A DNA stretch of 64,000 nucleotides from Candidatus Sulfomarinibacteraceae bacterium (GTDB taxonomy: Bacteria > Acidobacteriota > Thermoanaerobaculia > Thermoanaerobaculales > Sulfomarinibacteraceae), in the NCBI GenBank assembly GCA_963796455.1, contig CAWCLO010000003.1, positions 192,001 to 256,000 of the forward strand, written 5' to 3'. This document shows, piece by piece, positions 27,686 through 37,959 of the stretch. The translations under genes and the position numbers were made by a program. The notes beneath the pieces were generated by a model that worked only from the letters and a program-made list of their open reading frames with translations, was not told the origin of the DNA and made no database searches. Position 1 is the first letter of the stretch. Each line of letters opens with the position of its first letter.

Positions 27686-28741
27686 CTACCGGAGACCCGA
27701 AGGATAACCCTCAGGGGGATGGTCGTACTCGACGCCACTCTCACCATCGACGACGTTGCCCATGGGGAATCCGGGGCTGCCGGTCTCGCGCAGGCTTTTG
27801 AGGACCTCTTTGAGCTTTTTGGGGGGCACGATCAGAACCATGCCGACCCCGAGATTGAAGGTCCGCCACATATCGTCCTCCGGCACCTGTCCCTTCTCGG
27901 CCAGGAGGCGAAAGACGGGGGGGACCTCCCACGCACCAACCTTGATGATCGCCCGCGCACCATCGGGCATGACCCGGGGAAGATTGTCGGTCAGGCCACC
28001 ACCCGTGATATGGGCCAGACCATGAACCGATCCGGCTTCGAGCAACGGCCAGACCTGCTGCAGATAGCACCTGTGCACGGCGAGCAACTCATCGGCGACG
28101 CTTCGCCCGAGTTCCGGGACCATATCGGTCGGGGCCATCCCGAGGGTCTCGAAGAAGACCTTCCGCGCCAGTGAGTAACCGTTTGTGTGGAGGCCGCTCG
28201 ATGGCAGGCCGACCAGCACGTCGCCCGGCCTCACGGCCGATCCGTCAACGATTCGCCGGCGGTCGACGATACCGACGATAAAACCAGCGAGATCGTATTC
28301 TCCGTCACCGTAAAACCCCGGCATCTCTGCCGTTTCACCGCCGAGGAGGGCCATCCCCTGCTCACCGCACCCGGCGGCCACCCCACCGATCACATCGGCC
28401 ACCACATCCGGTTCGAGACGACCGGTCGCCAGATAGTCGAGAAAGAAGAGCGGTCGAGCGCCCTGGACGAGGATGTCATTGATGCAGTGGTTGACCAGAT
28501 CGCGGCCGACGGTCGTATGACGACCGGTGGCAATCGCCACCATCAGCTTGGTGCCGACTCCATCGGCGGAGGAAACCAACACCGGTTCCTTGAATCCCTT
28601 TGGCACCCGAAAGAGCCCGCCAAAGGAGCCCTGGTCCGAGAGCACATCCTTGGTGTAGGTGCCGCGCACCATCTTTTTGACCTGGGCGAGAGCCCGGTCC
28701 TGGGCATCGATATCGACTCCGGCTTCGCGGTAGGTGGTCAT
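27686..28741 (-). CDS. purM: Phosphoribosylformylglycinamidine cyclo-ligase (AIR synthetase)
   Basis: YREAGVDID, DGVGTK, GGETAEMPG, SSGLHTNGYSL and AHITGGG. Confidence 0.97.
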   Translation of the reverse strand: MTTYREAGVDIDAQDRALAQVKKMVRGTYTKDVLSDQGSFGGLFRVPKGFKEPVLVSSADGVGTKLMVAIATGRHTTVGRDLVNHCINDILVQGARPLFFLDYLATGRLEPDVVADVIGGVAAGCGEQGMALLGGETAEMPGFYGDGEYDLAGFIVGIVDRRRIVDGSAVRPGDVLVGLPSSGLHTNGYSLARKVFFETLGMAPTDMVPELGRSVADELLAVHRCYLQQVWPLLEAGSVHGLAHITGGGLTDNLPRVMPDGARAIIKVGAWEVPPVFRLLAEKGQVPEDDMWRTFNLGVGMVLIVPPKKLKEVLKSLRETGSPGFPMGNVVDGESGVEYDHPPEGYPSGLR

Positions 28742-28747
28742 GTGGGC

Positions 28748-29630
28748 TCCGATCCCGTTCCCGATCCCGTTCCCGATCCCGAAGGGGATCGTTCAGAAGG
28801 ACCGAGCCTATCTTGTGACGAGACCATATCGACCGGATCGACGACACGCAAGTGCCGAGAGATCCCGGTTCGCCGCGGATCGGGATCGAAGCGGAATCAA
28901 AAACCAAGGCTGAGAAACCGCAGATCACGCAGATGGACGCAGATAAGGAATCGGTGCCGGAATCGCTATCGAGGTGAGGGCAATCCCCCTCTGCCCCTCT
29001 GCCACATGGCGTATGGTTCCCCCTTTCTCCCTCTCTCCCTTTCTCCCTTTCGGGAATCGGCGTCGGGTGGTCTCCCTTTCTCCCTTTCATGAGCGGTATC
29101 CACAGCAGCCGTTCGATAGCGATAGCGATTCCGATAGCGATAGCGACGATGCCGAGCGATCCTCTGCCCCTCCGCCACCAAGCCCCTCTGCCATGTGGAC
29201 GCTTGTTCTCCCCATAGGGATCGGGACGGTGCGTCAAGATGTCATCCTGAGCGAAGCGTCTATGGCGCGGAGTCGAAGGATCTGCGGTCATGGGTCTTTC
29301 CCTTGTGCGCCATAGATCCTTCGACTGCGCCCCTTCCGGCTTCGCCTTTCAGGCTACGCCGTGACAAGGCGGGGCTCCGCTCAGGATGACATCGGGAGGC
29401 GACATTCCCGTACAGGAGGAATCAGCGCCGGGTGGATTCCCCTTTCCCCCTTTCGGGAACGGATAGGGTGGTGTCTTTCCCCCGTCGGGATTCGTATCCA
29501 CAGCAGCCGTTCGATAGCGATAGCGACGATGCCGAGCGGTCCTCTGCCCCTCTGCCCCTCTGCCAAGTGGCATATGGTTCCCCCTTTCTCCCTTTCTCCC
29601 TTTCCCCCTTTCCCCCTTTCGGGCTCGGCC
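28748..29630 (-). repeat. Intergenic mosaic element copy B between divergent purM and purL (core 29239-29392)
   Basis: Same 15-bp inverted repeats and flanks as copy A, in reverse orientation. Internal duplicated modules. Confidence 0.9.
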
Positions 29631-29676
29631 TCGGCAAAAACTGGCACAACCAACCCATACCTGATACAACCTCCCC

Positions 29677-32600
29677 ATGACGCTGATCCGACGTTTTCGT
29701 GCCTACGAACTTCAATCAGCCACCCAACACGACTTGCTCGAATCCGCGCGCTCGGTCCTCGGTCCGGAGGTGGTCGGTCTCGATACCGAGCACTGCTTCT
29801 ATATCGAGACGTCAAAACCGCTGAACAAGACCGAGCAACAGGTCCTCGATTGGCTGCTCACCGAAACCTTCGAACCCGAGCGCTTCTCTCGCGAGTCCTT
29901 TCTCGATGTCGGCGCCGGAACGGTCATCGAGGTCGGGCCGCGAATGACCTTCACGACCGCATGGTCGACCAACGCGGTTTCAATCTGCCACGCCTGTGGG
30001 ATCGACTCCGCCGTGCGGATCGAACGCTTTCGGCGATATCTCCTGCGAGGTCTGGCGGCTGCCTCTCCTGAGGCAACCGAGGCATTCACCGGTCTGCTCC
30101 ACGATCGCATGACCGAGTGCGCCTACCCAAATGCCTTGACGGCCTTCGGCACCGGCATCAGCCCCGAACCAGTGACAACGGTCCCGGTGATGCAAGAAGG
30201 ACGGGCGGCACTGGAGCAGATCAACCTCGAGCTCGGTCTCGCCTTCGACGACTGGGATCTCGATTTCTACACCACCCTCTTTCGTGAGCGCATCAGGCGC
30301 GACCCGACCGATGTCGAGTGTTTTGACATCGCTCAATCCAATAGCGAGCACTCACGACACTGGTTTTTCAAGGGCCGGTTGATCGTCGACGGCGACGAGG
30401 CGCCCGACCACCTCTTCTCCATCGTCCGCCGTCCGTTCGAGGCCAACCCCAACAACAGCGTCATCGCCTTCCACGATAATTCGAGCGCCATCCGCGGCTT
30501 TTCGACCCCGGCACTGGTCAGTTCCGAACCCCGGGGTCCGTCGCCTTTGGTGCTCAGGGACATCGACCTCGATCTGACCCTGACCGCCGAGACCCACAAC
30601 TTCCCCTCCGGGGTGGCGCCGTTCCCCGGCGCCGAAACCGGTACCGGCGGCCGCATCCGCGACACCCACGCCACCGGCCGCGGTTCGCTGGTGGTGGCCG
30701 GCACCGCCGCCTATTGCGTCGGCAATCTGCGGCTTCCCGGCTACGATCTGCCGTGGGAAGACCGCGACTTCAGCTACCCACCAAACCTTGCCTCGCCGAG
30801 CAGCGATCGAGATCGAAGCCTCCAACGGTGCCTCGGATTACGGCAACAAGTTCGGCGAACCGGTGATCACCGGTTTCACCCGCTCGGCCGGGTTGCGGAT
30901 GCCTGATGGCGATCGGCGCGAGTGGATCAAACCCATCATGTTTTCCGGCGGTATCGGTCAGATCGACCACAGCCACGCGGTGAAAGGCAAGCCCGAAACC
31001 GATATGTTGGTGGTCAAGATCGGCGGTCCCGCCTACCGCATCGGGATGGGCGGCGGCGCTGCCTCATCGATGGTCCAGGGCGACAACGCCGAACACCTCG
31101 ACTTCAATGCCGTCCAACGCGGCGATGCCGAGATGGAACAGAAGGTCAACCGGGTCATCCGCGCCTGTTCGGAACTCGGAGAGGGCAACCCCATCGTCAG
31201 CATCCACGACCAGGGGGCAGGCGGCAACTGCAATGTTTTGAAAGAGATCGTCGAACCGGCCGGAGCGCGGCTCGAGATCCGCGAGATCCCGACCGGCGAC
31301 GACAGCATGTCCGTGCTCGAGATCTGGGGCGCCGAGTACCAGGAGAACGACGCCCTGCTGGTTCGCCCGCAGGACGAGCAGCTGTTCCGGGACCTGTGCG
31401 AGCGCGAGCAGGTGCCGGTCTCCTTTGTCGGTCGGGTGACCGGCGACGGCCGGGTCGTGGTTCACGACGCGGCCGACGGGTCCACGCCGGTCGACCTGGT
31501 GCTCGAGGACGTACTCGGCGATGTCCCGCAGAAGACCTTCGAGCTCGACAGGAACGATCGAAAGCTCGAGGCGCTTGCCCTGCCGCCCGGTCTCGAGGTG
31601 GCCCAGGCCCTCGACCGGGTGCTGCGGCTGCTGTCGGTGGGCTCGAAGAGATTCCTCACCACCAAGGTCGACCGTTCGGTCAGCGGCTTAGTGGCGCGCC
31701 AACAGTGTGCGGGGCCGCTCCAGCTCACCGTTGCCGATGTGGCCGTCATTGCACAGAGCCACTTCGGCACCACCGGCACCGCCACCGCCATCGGCGAACA
31801 ACCCCTCAAAGGCCTGGTCGACCCGGCCGCGATGGCGCGGATGGCGGTCGGCGAGGCGCTGACCAATCTGGTGTGGGCGAGGGCAACCGCGCTCGCGGAC
31901 GTGCGGTGTTCGGCCAACTGGATGTGGGCCGCCAAGATCCCCGGCGAAGGCGCCGATCTCTACGATGCCGCGGTCGCCATGAGCGATCTGATGGTCGAGC
32001 TCGGGATGGCGGTCGACGGCGGCAAGGACAGCCTCTCGATGGCGGCCCGTGCCCCTCTGGCCGGGGGCGGTGAAGAGCTGGTCAAGACGCCGGGCGAGCT
32101 CGTCATCTCGGCCTATGTCTCGTGTCCCGATATTCGGCAGACTGTGACCCCGGATCTCGAACTGCCCGGGAACGGGCGATTGCTCTTTGTCGATCTCGGC
32201 GGCGGCCGGAACCGGCTCGGCGGGTCCGCCCTGGCGCAGGTTTTTTCGCAGGTCGGCAACGACACCCCTGATTTCGAGGACGCCGATCTGCTCGCGCGGG
32301 CATTCGCCGTGGTTCAGCAACTGATCGCCGGTGGGCTCATCACTGCCGGTCACGACCGTTCGGATGGTGGTCTGGTCACGACCTTGCTCGAGATGGCCTT
32401 TGCCGGCAACTGCGGTCTGGAGATCGAGCTTGATGGGGGTGACCCCATCAAAGTTCTCTTCAGCGAGGAGTTGGGGCTTGCAATGGAGACCGACGAAACC
32501 GACGTGGACACGGTGGTCGGGGCCTTCCGGGACGCCAATGTCCCGTGCGCAGTCATTGGCGGCACCCTGGCAGAACCCTTGATCCGAATGACGGTCGGCG

Positions 32601-33595
32601 GGCGGCAGGTGCTAACCGCCGACATGCGCGACCTGCGTGACCTGTGGGAGGCGACATCGTTCCGCCTCGAGCTCGAGCAGGCCGACCCGGGGTGCGTGGC
32701 CGCCGAGCGTGACGGTCTGCGCGATCGTTCCGCGCCGCCATTCGAACTCAGCTACACACCTGAGGCGACGCCCACTGTGGTGATGGAAAAGACCGACAAG
32801 ATCCCGGTCGCCATGTTGCGCGAGGAAGGTTCCAACGGCGACCGCGAGATGGCCGCAGCGTTCCTTGCCGCGGGGTTCGAGCCATGGGACGTCGCGATGT
32901 CGGATCTCTTGAGCGGCCGGATCACTCTCGATCGATTTCGCGGCGTGGTGGCGGTCGGCGGTTTCGCTCACGCCGATGTCCTCGACGCAGGCAAGGGCTG
33001 GGCCGGGTCGATCCGCTTCAACAGCGAATTGTGGGCCCAGTTCGAGGCCTTTCTCGACCGGCCGGACACCTTCAGCCTCGGCGTGTGCAACGGTTGCCAG
33101 TTGCTTGCGTTGTTGGGGTGGGTCCCGTGGCGGGGTCTCGAAGGCACGGCCCAGCCGCGTTTTGTGCGCAATGCTTCGGGCCGCTTCGAATCGCGCTTTG
33201 CCACCGTCACCGTCCAAACCAGCCCCGCCATCATGCTACGGGGAATGGAGGGCTCCACTCTCGGGATCTGGACCGCCCACGGCGAGGGGCGTGCGCTCTT
33301 TCCCGACCCCACCGTTCTCGAGACTGTGGAAGCGCAAAACCTCGCCCCTATCCGATTCGTCGATGACGGCGGTGCGGTGACCGAAACGTATCCCCACAAC
33401 CCAAACGGATCACCATCAGGCATCGCCGGCCTGTGTTCACCCGACGGCCGCCACCTTGCTATGATGCCCCACCCCGAGCGGACCACAAACCTGTGGAACT
33501 GGGGATGGATGCCACGCGATTGGCGGAACAATCTCGAAGTCTCGCCGTGGCTGAAAATGTTCCAGAATGCCAGGGAGTGGTGCGAGCAGGCTTGA
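29677..33595 (+). CDS. purL: Large single-chain FGAM synthase, interrupted by a +1 frameshift near 30799 (probable sequence error, otherwise pseudogene)
   Basis: SNSEHSRHWFF and ETHNFP in ORF1. ASNGASDYGNKFGEP, SIHDQGAGG, GVCNGCQ and MMPHPER in ORF2. Total span 3919 nt = 3n+1. Confidence 0.92.
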
Positions 33596-33691
33596 GGCTT
33601 GAGGCTTGAGGCTTGAGGCTTGAGGCTTGAGGCTTGAGGCTTGAGGCTTGAGGCTTGAGGCTTGAGGCTTGAGGCTTGAGGCTTGAGGCTT
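33588..33691 (+). repeat. Heptamer tandem repeat (AGGCTTG) x about 15
   Basis: Perfect tandem array starting in the last codons of purL. Confidence 0.97.
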
Positions 33692-33750
33692 CAAGATATC
33701 CGTTTTGTGGCAGGGGTTGTCAAGCCCCAGGTCCCAAGCCCCATTTCTTC

Positions 33751-34542
33751 CTAGGGAAGATCCCTGGTCTCCAGGGTAGCGCCATCGCTGTTGAGCCGCA
33801 CCCTGAGCATCTCGTTACGCGTCACTGCAGCCACCGCGACATCCGATCCCACCGCCCGTTTCAGGCTTTCTCGGACCAGATCCGGACAATTGTTTTCGGC
33901 CGAAAGGTGCAACCCGACCACCGCCTGCAACACCGACGACCCGACGGCGTCGAGAGCCTCCAGGCTCTGGTGGTTCGAGAGATGGCCGGTGCTCGAATCA
34001 ATTCGTTGTTTGAGCTGCCACGGGTAGGGTCCGTGGCGAAGCATGTCTTTGTCATGATTTGCCTCGAGCAACAGCAGTTCGCATCCCTGCAGTCGCTGCT
34101 GCAACAGGGTCGTAAACCGCCCTGTGTCAGTGCACAAGGCGGCGCTGTGAGTTCCGTCATCGAAGACAAATGCCACCGACTCGGCCGCATCGTGGGAGGT
34201 TCTGACCGGGGTGATCTGGAGATCGCCGAAACTTATGATCCGGCCCGGAATGAGAGTCCCGCCACCATGATCCGGCACATTGAGGCGTCCCCAGGTGCCT
34301 TCGGTAGCCCACACCGGCGCCGCTCGATGGCGCCGCAAAAAAACATCGAGACCACGCACATGATCCGAGTGTTCGTGGGTGAGGAGCACGGCATCCACGT
34401 CGTCCGGACTCCGCCCGAAGGCCTCCAGCCGAAGTCGAAGCTGAAGCGCCGAGACGCCGGCATCGATCAGTACGGCGGTGTCGCCCGTGCAGACGAGGGC
34501 AGCGTTGCCTGAGGATCCGGAGGCCAGTACCAAGACCTCCAT
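33751..34542 (-). CDS. MBL-fold metallo-hydrolase (YycJ/WalJ-like)
   Basis: ASGSSGNA, THEHSDH, SHDA, EANHD and GHLSN. Confidence 0.9.
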   Translation of the reverse strand: MEVLVLASGSSGNAALVCTGDTAVLIDAGVSALQLRLRLEAFGRSPDDVDAVLLTHEHSDHVRGLDVFLRRHRAAPVWATEGTWGRLNVPDHGGGTLIPGRIISFGDLQITPVRTSHDAAESVAFVFDDGTHSAALCTDTGRFTTLLQQRLQGCELLLLEANHDKDMLRHGPYPWQLKQRIDSSTGHLSNHQSLEALDAVGSSVLQAVVGLHLSAENNCPDLVRESLKRAVGSDVAVAAVTRNEMLRVRLNSDGATLETRDLP

Positions 34543-34544
34543 TG

Positions 34545-34991
34545 TCAAACTCCAGTCGAGCCGAAGCCGCCTGTTCCTCGCGTGGAGGAGCTCAGCTCTT
34601 CGCTTTCGACAAAGGAGGCGCGGGTGACGGGCGTGATCACGAGCTGGGCGATCCGGTCGCCGTGCGAGATGGTCACGTCCTCGCCACCGAGGTTGACGAG
34701 CAGCACCTTGAGTTCGCCGCGATAGTCGCTGTCGATCGTCCCCGGTGCGTTGACCACCGTCAGACCATGGCGAATGGCCAGGCCCGAACGCGGCCTCACC
34801 TGGCCTTCAAAGCCGTTCGGAATCTCGATCAGCAACCCGGTCGACACCGCCGTGCGCTGACCCGGTTCGAGAACGAGATCCTCACCAACCGCCGCACACA
34901 GGTCGGCACCGGCTGCGCCATCGGTTGCATAGGCCGGCAGCGGCAGACCATCAGCGTGGGCGAGCCGACGAATTCGAATTTCAATCATCAT
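34545..34991 (-). CDS. dut: dUTP diphosphatase
   Basis: [27 protein letters not shown] and [10 protein letters not shown]. Exact start uncertain (34988, 34991 or 35000). Confidence 0.96.
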   Translation of the reverse strand: MMIEIRIRRLAHADGLPLPAYATDGAAGADLCAAVGEDLVLEPGQRTAVSTGLLIEIPNGFEGQVRPRSGLAIRHGLTVVNAPGTIDSDYRGELKVLLVNLGGEDVTISHGDRIAQLVITPVTRASFVESEELSSSTRGTGGFGSTGV

Positions 34992-35048
34992 GGTGATCAT
35001 ACGACAGCGCATCGATTCTGAGTTTTGAGTTTTGAGTTCGGCAAGCCG

Positions 35049-36281
35049 TCACGCGACCCGGGTGGCGGCGCCCTCGGGACCACAAACGGCCGAAGCCATG
35101 TGTTCGGGTCGGAGGATCTCAGCCGCCAGATCTTTGATTCCTTCGACGGTCACATTCAGGATCTCGCGGCACGCAACCTCGGGGTCGAAGCGCCGGCCGC
35201 GATCGAGCAGCTCTCCGACATCGAGCGAACACCACCCTCCGGGTGATTCCAGATCCATCCGGAGCCCCCGCAACAAGCCCTCTCGTGCGACCGAGATCTC
35301 ATCGGCATCGATGTCACGACCTACCCGATCGAGCTCGGCGAGGACCAGTTTCCAGGACTCTTCAAAAGCGTTCGGCGCACACGCCCAACCGATTTCCAAA
35401 AGGCCTCCTTGATGACGGAGCAGGGGGCCCGACCAGATATCGTAGGTCAGCCCTTCATCCTCGCGGAGCTTTTGAAAGAGGCGGCTCGAAGCGCCATCGC
35501 CCAACACTCTGTTGAGAACGACGAGCGCTGCCACCCGGGGGTCGCCGATCGCCAGCGCCTTGAATCCGAGACGAGCGTGAACCTGGTCCTGCCCTTCGCG
35601 ATTGAGATCGAGATGCCCACCGCGCCAGGAAAGCGCGGGAAGGGGCGGCGCCTGCGGCGCCATACCGAGCGGGAGCCTCGCCAAGCGTTTGCAGACTCTT
35701 GCTGAATCGACGTCTCCGACCACCGCCGCCAGGATCCCACCGGGCTGAATCATCTCGTGATGGTGGCGTCTCAGAACATCCGGTGTCAGCAGATCGAGTG
35801 TTTCTCTGGTACCGATCACCGGCCGCGCGAGCGGATGGTCTCCCCAGGCGGCACGGAGGAGACCCTCTTCGACTCTTTCCGAGGGATCATCGGCCGCCAG
35901 GTCGAGTTCCGCCATGGTCACCCGACGCTCGAGATCAACGTCAGATGGAGCGAACGTCGGGTCGAGCATCGCATCAACCAGAAGATCCAGCGCATCGTCG
36001 AGCGCATCGACCGTGGTGTTGATGTTGATTCCCATCAACTCGGAGCTGGTCCACGCATCAACTTCACCACCCAGACGGTCGACAAGCGCCGCCAGCGAGC
36101 GGCGGTCATGCTCTCCACAGGATCTGAGGGTCAGATGTTCGACCAGGTGGGTCGCCCCGGCCACAGCCGCCGGATCATGGGCGGCACCGCGCGTGACCCA
36201 GATCCCGGCCGCGATGGTTTCGCGACCAGGGAGGCGACGCGTCAAAAGTGCGGGCAGCTTCGAGGATATGGAATTCGGCAC
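35049..36281 (-). CDS. M16 family (pitrilysin-like) zinc peptidase
   Basis: HLVEH inverted zinc motif, HPLARPVIG and SSRLFQKLRE..GLTY. Start uncertain. Confidence 0.85.
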   Translation of the reverse strand: MPNSISSKLPALLTRRLPGRETIAAGIWVTRGAAHDPAAVAGATHLVEHLTLRSCGEHDRRSLAALVDRLGGEVDAWTSSELMGININTTVDALDDALDLLVDAMLDPTFAPSDVDLERRVTMAELDLAADDPSERVEEGLLRAAWGDHPLARPVIGTRETLDLLTPDVLRRHHHEMIQPGGILAAVVGDVDSARVCKRLARLPLGMAPQAPPLPALSWRGGHLDLNREGQDQVHARLGFKALAIGDPRVAALVVLNRVLGDGASSRLFQKLREDEGLTYDIWSGPLLRHQGGLLEIGWACAPNAFEESWKLVLAELDRVGRDIDADEISVAREGLLRGLRMDLESPGGWCSLDVGELLDRGRRFDPEVACREILNVTVEGIKDLAAEILRPEHMASAVCGPEGAATRVA

Positions 36282-36324
36282 AGCGCGGGAGTTTACTACA
36301 AGTGGAGACGATGCCGCACCCGTT

Positions 36325-36541
36325 TGCACGCAAGGGGGAGGAGGTGCAGGGAAGTATGAGAAGGGGAGAGGGGAAAGGGAGCAGGGGAGATGAAGAGTAG
36401 GTGCGAGCTGGGGATTAGGAATCAGCGATGAGGCGCTCCCTATCACGAACAGAGCTTCCAGTACGGTTCGCCCTTTCGCCCTTTCGCCCTTTCGCCCTTT
36501 CTCCCTTTCTCCCCTGCTCCCTTTCTCCCTTTCTCCCTTTC
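36325..36541. repeat. Purine-rich tract and inverted octamer array (CCCTTTCG/CCCTTTCT), sharing a module with 48320-48395
   Basis: Period-8 array at 36467-36541. AAGAGTAGGTGCGAGCTGGGGATTAGGAAT resembles AAGAGGATCGGGTGTGAGTTGGGATTGAGGAAT. Confidence 0.7.
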
Positions 36542-36591
36542 ACTATGGGTATGTGACGGCGGTCCTGGAACCGCTGGCCGTCAGATCCAAC

Positions 36592-37497
36592 TCACTTCCA
36601 CGCGGTACCCGTCGGCTGCGGCCGTGGCGGGGTGGGATACCGGCCCGGTGGCTGACCCGGCGGCTGGCTCCCGCCACCGGTGCCCCCGCCTGGTTGTCCG
36701 CCACCCGGTTGTCCTCCGCCAGGTCGAACCGGCGTGGGGGGCTGTCCCCAGGGAGTGTCATCGTCAGCCGGGGGCTGGGCGCCGCCTTCCGCACCTTGCT
36801 GACCGGTCTCTTTGAGAACGAATTTCCATTCGTTGTACTGAGTGCGTCCCTCGTATATTTTTATGGCCGCATCGGTTGAACGCGAATGCACGCCGACGAT
36901 GGGCCCTACCCGCTCACCACCCCCCGGAAGACCGCTCTCCTCGGAGCCATCGGTGTCACCCGGAAGCGGCGAATCGCCGAGTGGGCTGTTCGATCGAGGC
37001 TCGTCGGAGCCTGTCCTCCTCCGTTCGCCGGATCCTGTGGGACCACCGGCGCCACCTAATCCGGCGGGGCCTCCGGCGCCTCCGAGCTCACGGCCTTCTT
37101 GACCGAGGAACACCAGGCCCCACTCCTCCGAATCGGTCATCGGGTCCTTCCAATTGCGGCGCAGGACCTTCGGGTTGGCTTCCCAGAGCTCCTGGAGGCG
37201 CATCGGATTGCGACCGTACTTCTGTTTGTACAATCTGATGCCTTCGACGTATTGCTGGCCGCGAAAAATGAGTTCCGCCTCGCGTTCACGCCGCATCTGA
37301 AAAGAAATGATCTCCACCGCCACAGCCATCATGATCGCCATCAACGCGATGACCATGACAAAAATGACGAGGGTGTAGCCCGCTTCGGGGGATTTCGGAT
37401 TTCGGATTTCGGATTTCGGATTCTCACCCCGACTCCCCGAGCTGAGGGAGGGTGGCCCGGAAATCTCAAATTCGAAATTCAAAATCCGAAATGCCAT
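36592..37497 (-). CDS. Type II secretion pseudopilin-like protein with repeat-derived leader and Gly/Pro-rich tail
   Basis: AG|YTLVIFVMVIALMAIMM prepilin-like site, REREAELIFRG, LRRNWKDPMT and YNEWKF. ATG overlaps the upstream stop (TAATG). Confidence 0.8.
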   Translation of the reverse strand: MAFRILNFEFEISGPPSLSSGSRGENPKSEIRNPKSPEAGYTLVIFVMVIALMAIMMAVAVEIISFQMRREREAELIFRGQQYVEGIRLYKQKYGRNPMRLQELWEANPKVLRRNWKDPMTDSEEWGLVFLGQEGRELGGAGGPAGLGGAGGPTGSGERRRTGSDEPRSNSPLGDSPLPGDTDGSEESGLPGGGERVGPIVGVHSRSTDAAIKIYEGRTQYNEWKFVLKETGQQGAEGGAQPPADDDTPWGQPPTPVRPGGGQPGGGQPGGGTGGGSQPPGQPPGRYPTPPRPQPTGTAWK

Positions 37498-37955
37498 TAC
37501 CACTCGTAAATCAGGGTTCCATCGAGCCCGACGCGGGTGTCGTCGGCATAACGAATATCGATCAACTGATTCCCGGCGCCCTGTGGATCGTCAAACGGTT
37601 CCAGTTCTTCGAGCTCACTCGGTTCGGCGTAGAGTTCTTCCCAGGCACCATCCGACGAGCCAGAGAAGGGATCAACCGGGATAAAGCGCAGGTATCCGGC
37701 GTCCACCACGGCCTGGAGGCTCTCCGGGTAATAACCCTTATCGGCCAGGTGCTGGTCGATACACGACCGCATCTCATAGAGATCGGCCTTGATCACCGCT
37801 TCACGCGCCCTGATGGGCGCGTTCTGCATCGCCGGCATGGCGATCGCCGCCAGAATTCCGATGATCGCCACCACGATGATGAGTTCGATCAGTGTGAAAC
37901 CCGCCTTCGGCGATCTCTGGATTTTGAACTCCGAACTCCGAATTCCGAATTTCAT
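37497..37955 (-). CDS. GspG-like pseudopilin
   Basis: AG|FTLIELIIVVAIIGILAAIAMP and YLRFIPVDPF. Confidence 0.88.
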   Translation of the reverse strand: MKFGIRSSEFKIQRSPKAGFTLIELIIVVAIIGILAAIAMPAMQNAPIRAREAVIKADLYEMRSCIDQHLADKGYYPESLQAVVDAGYLRFIPVDPFSGSSDGAWEELYAEPSELEELEPFDDPQGAGNQLIDIRYADDTRVGLDGTLIYEW

Positions 37956-37959
37956 CTTG

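Noticed and set aside
28741..29676. Autonomous IS or transposon in the purM-purL gap
   Set aside because: No transposase-like ORF and no recognisable target-site duplication. ORFs here are repeat translations.
29677..33595. purL as two genuine genes
   Set aside because: The break lies inside a continuous conserved motif rather than at a PurS/PurL/PurQ domain boundary, and the second ORF has no convincing RBS.
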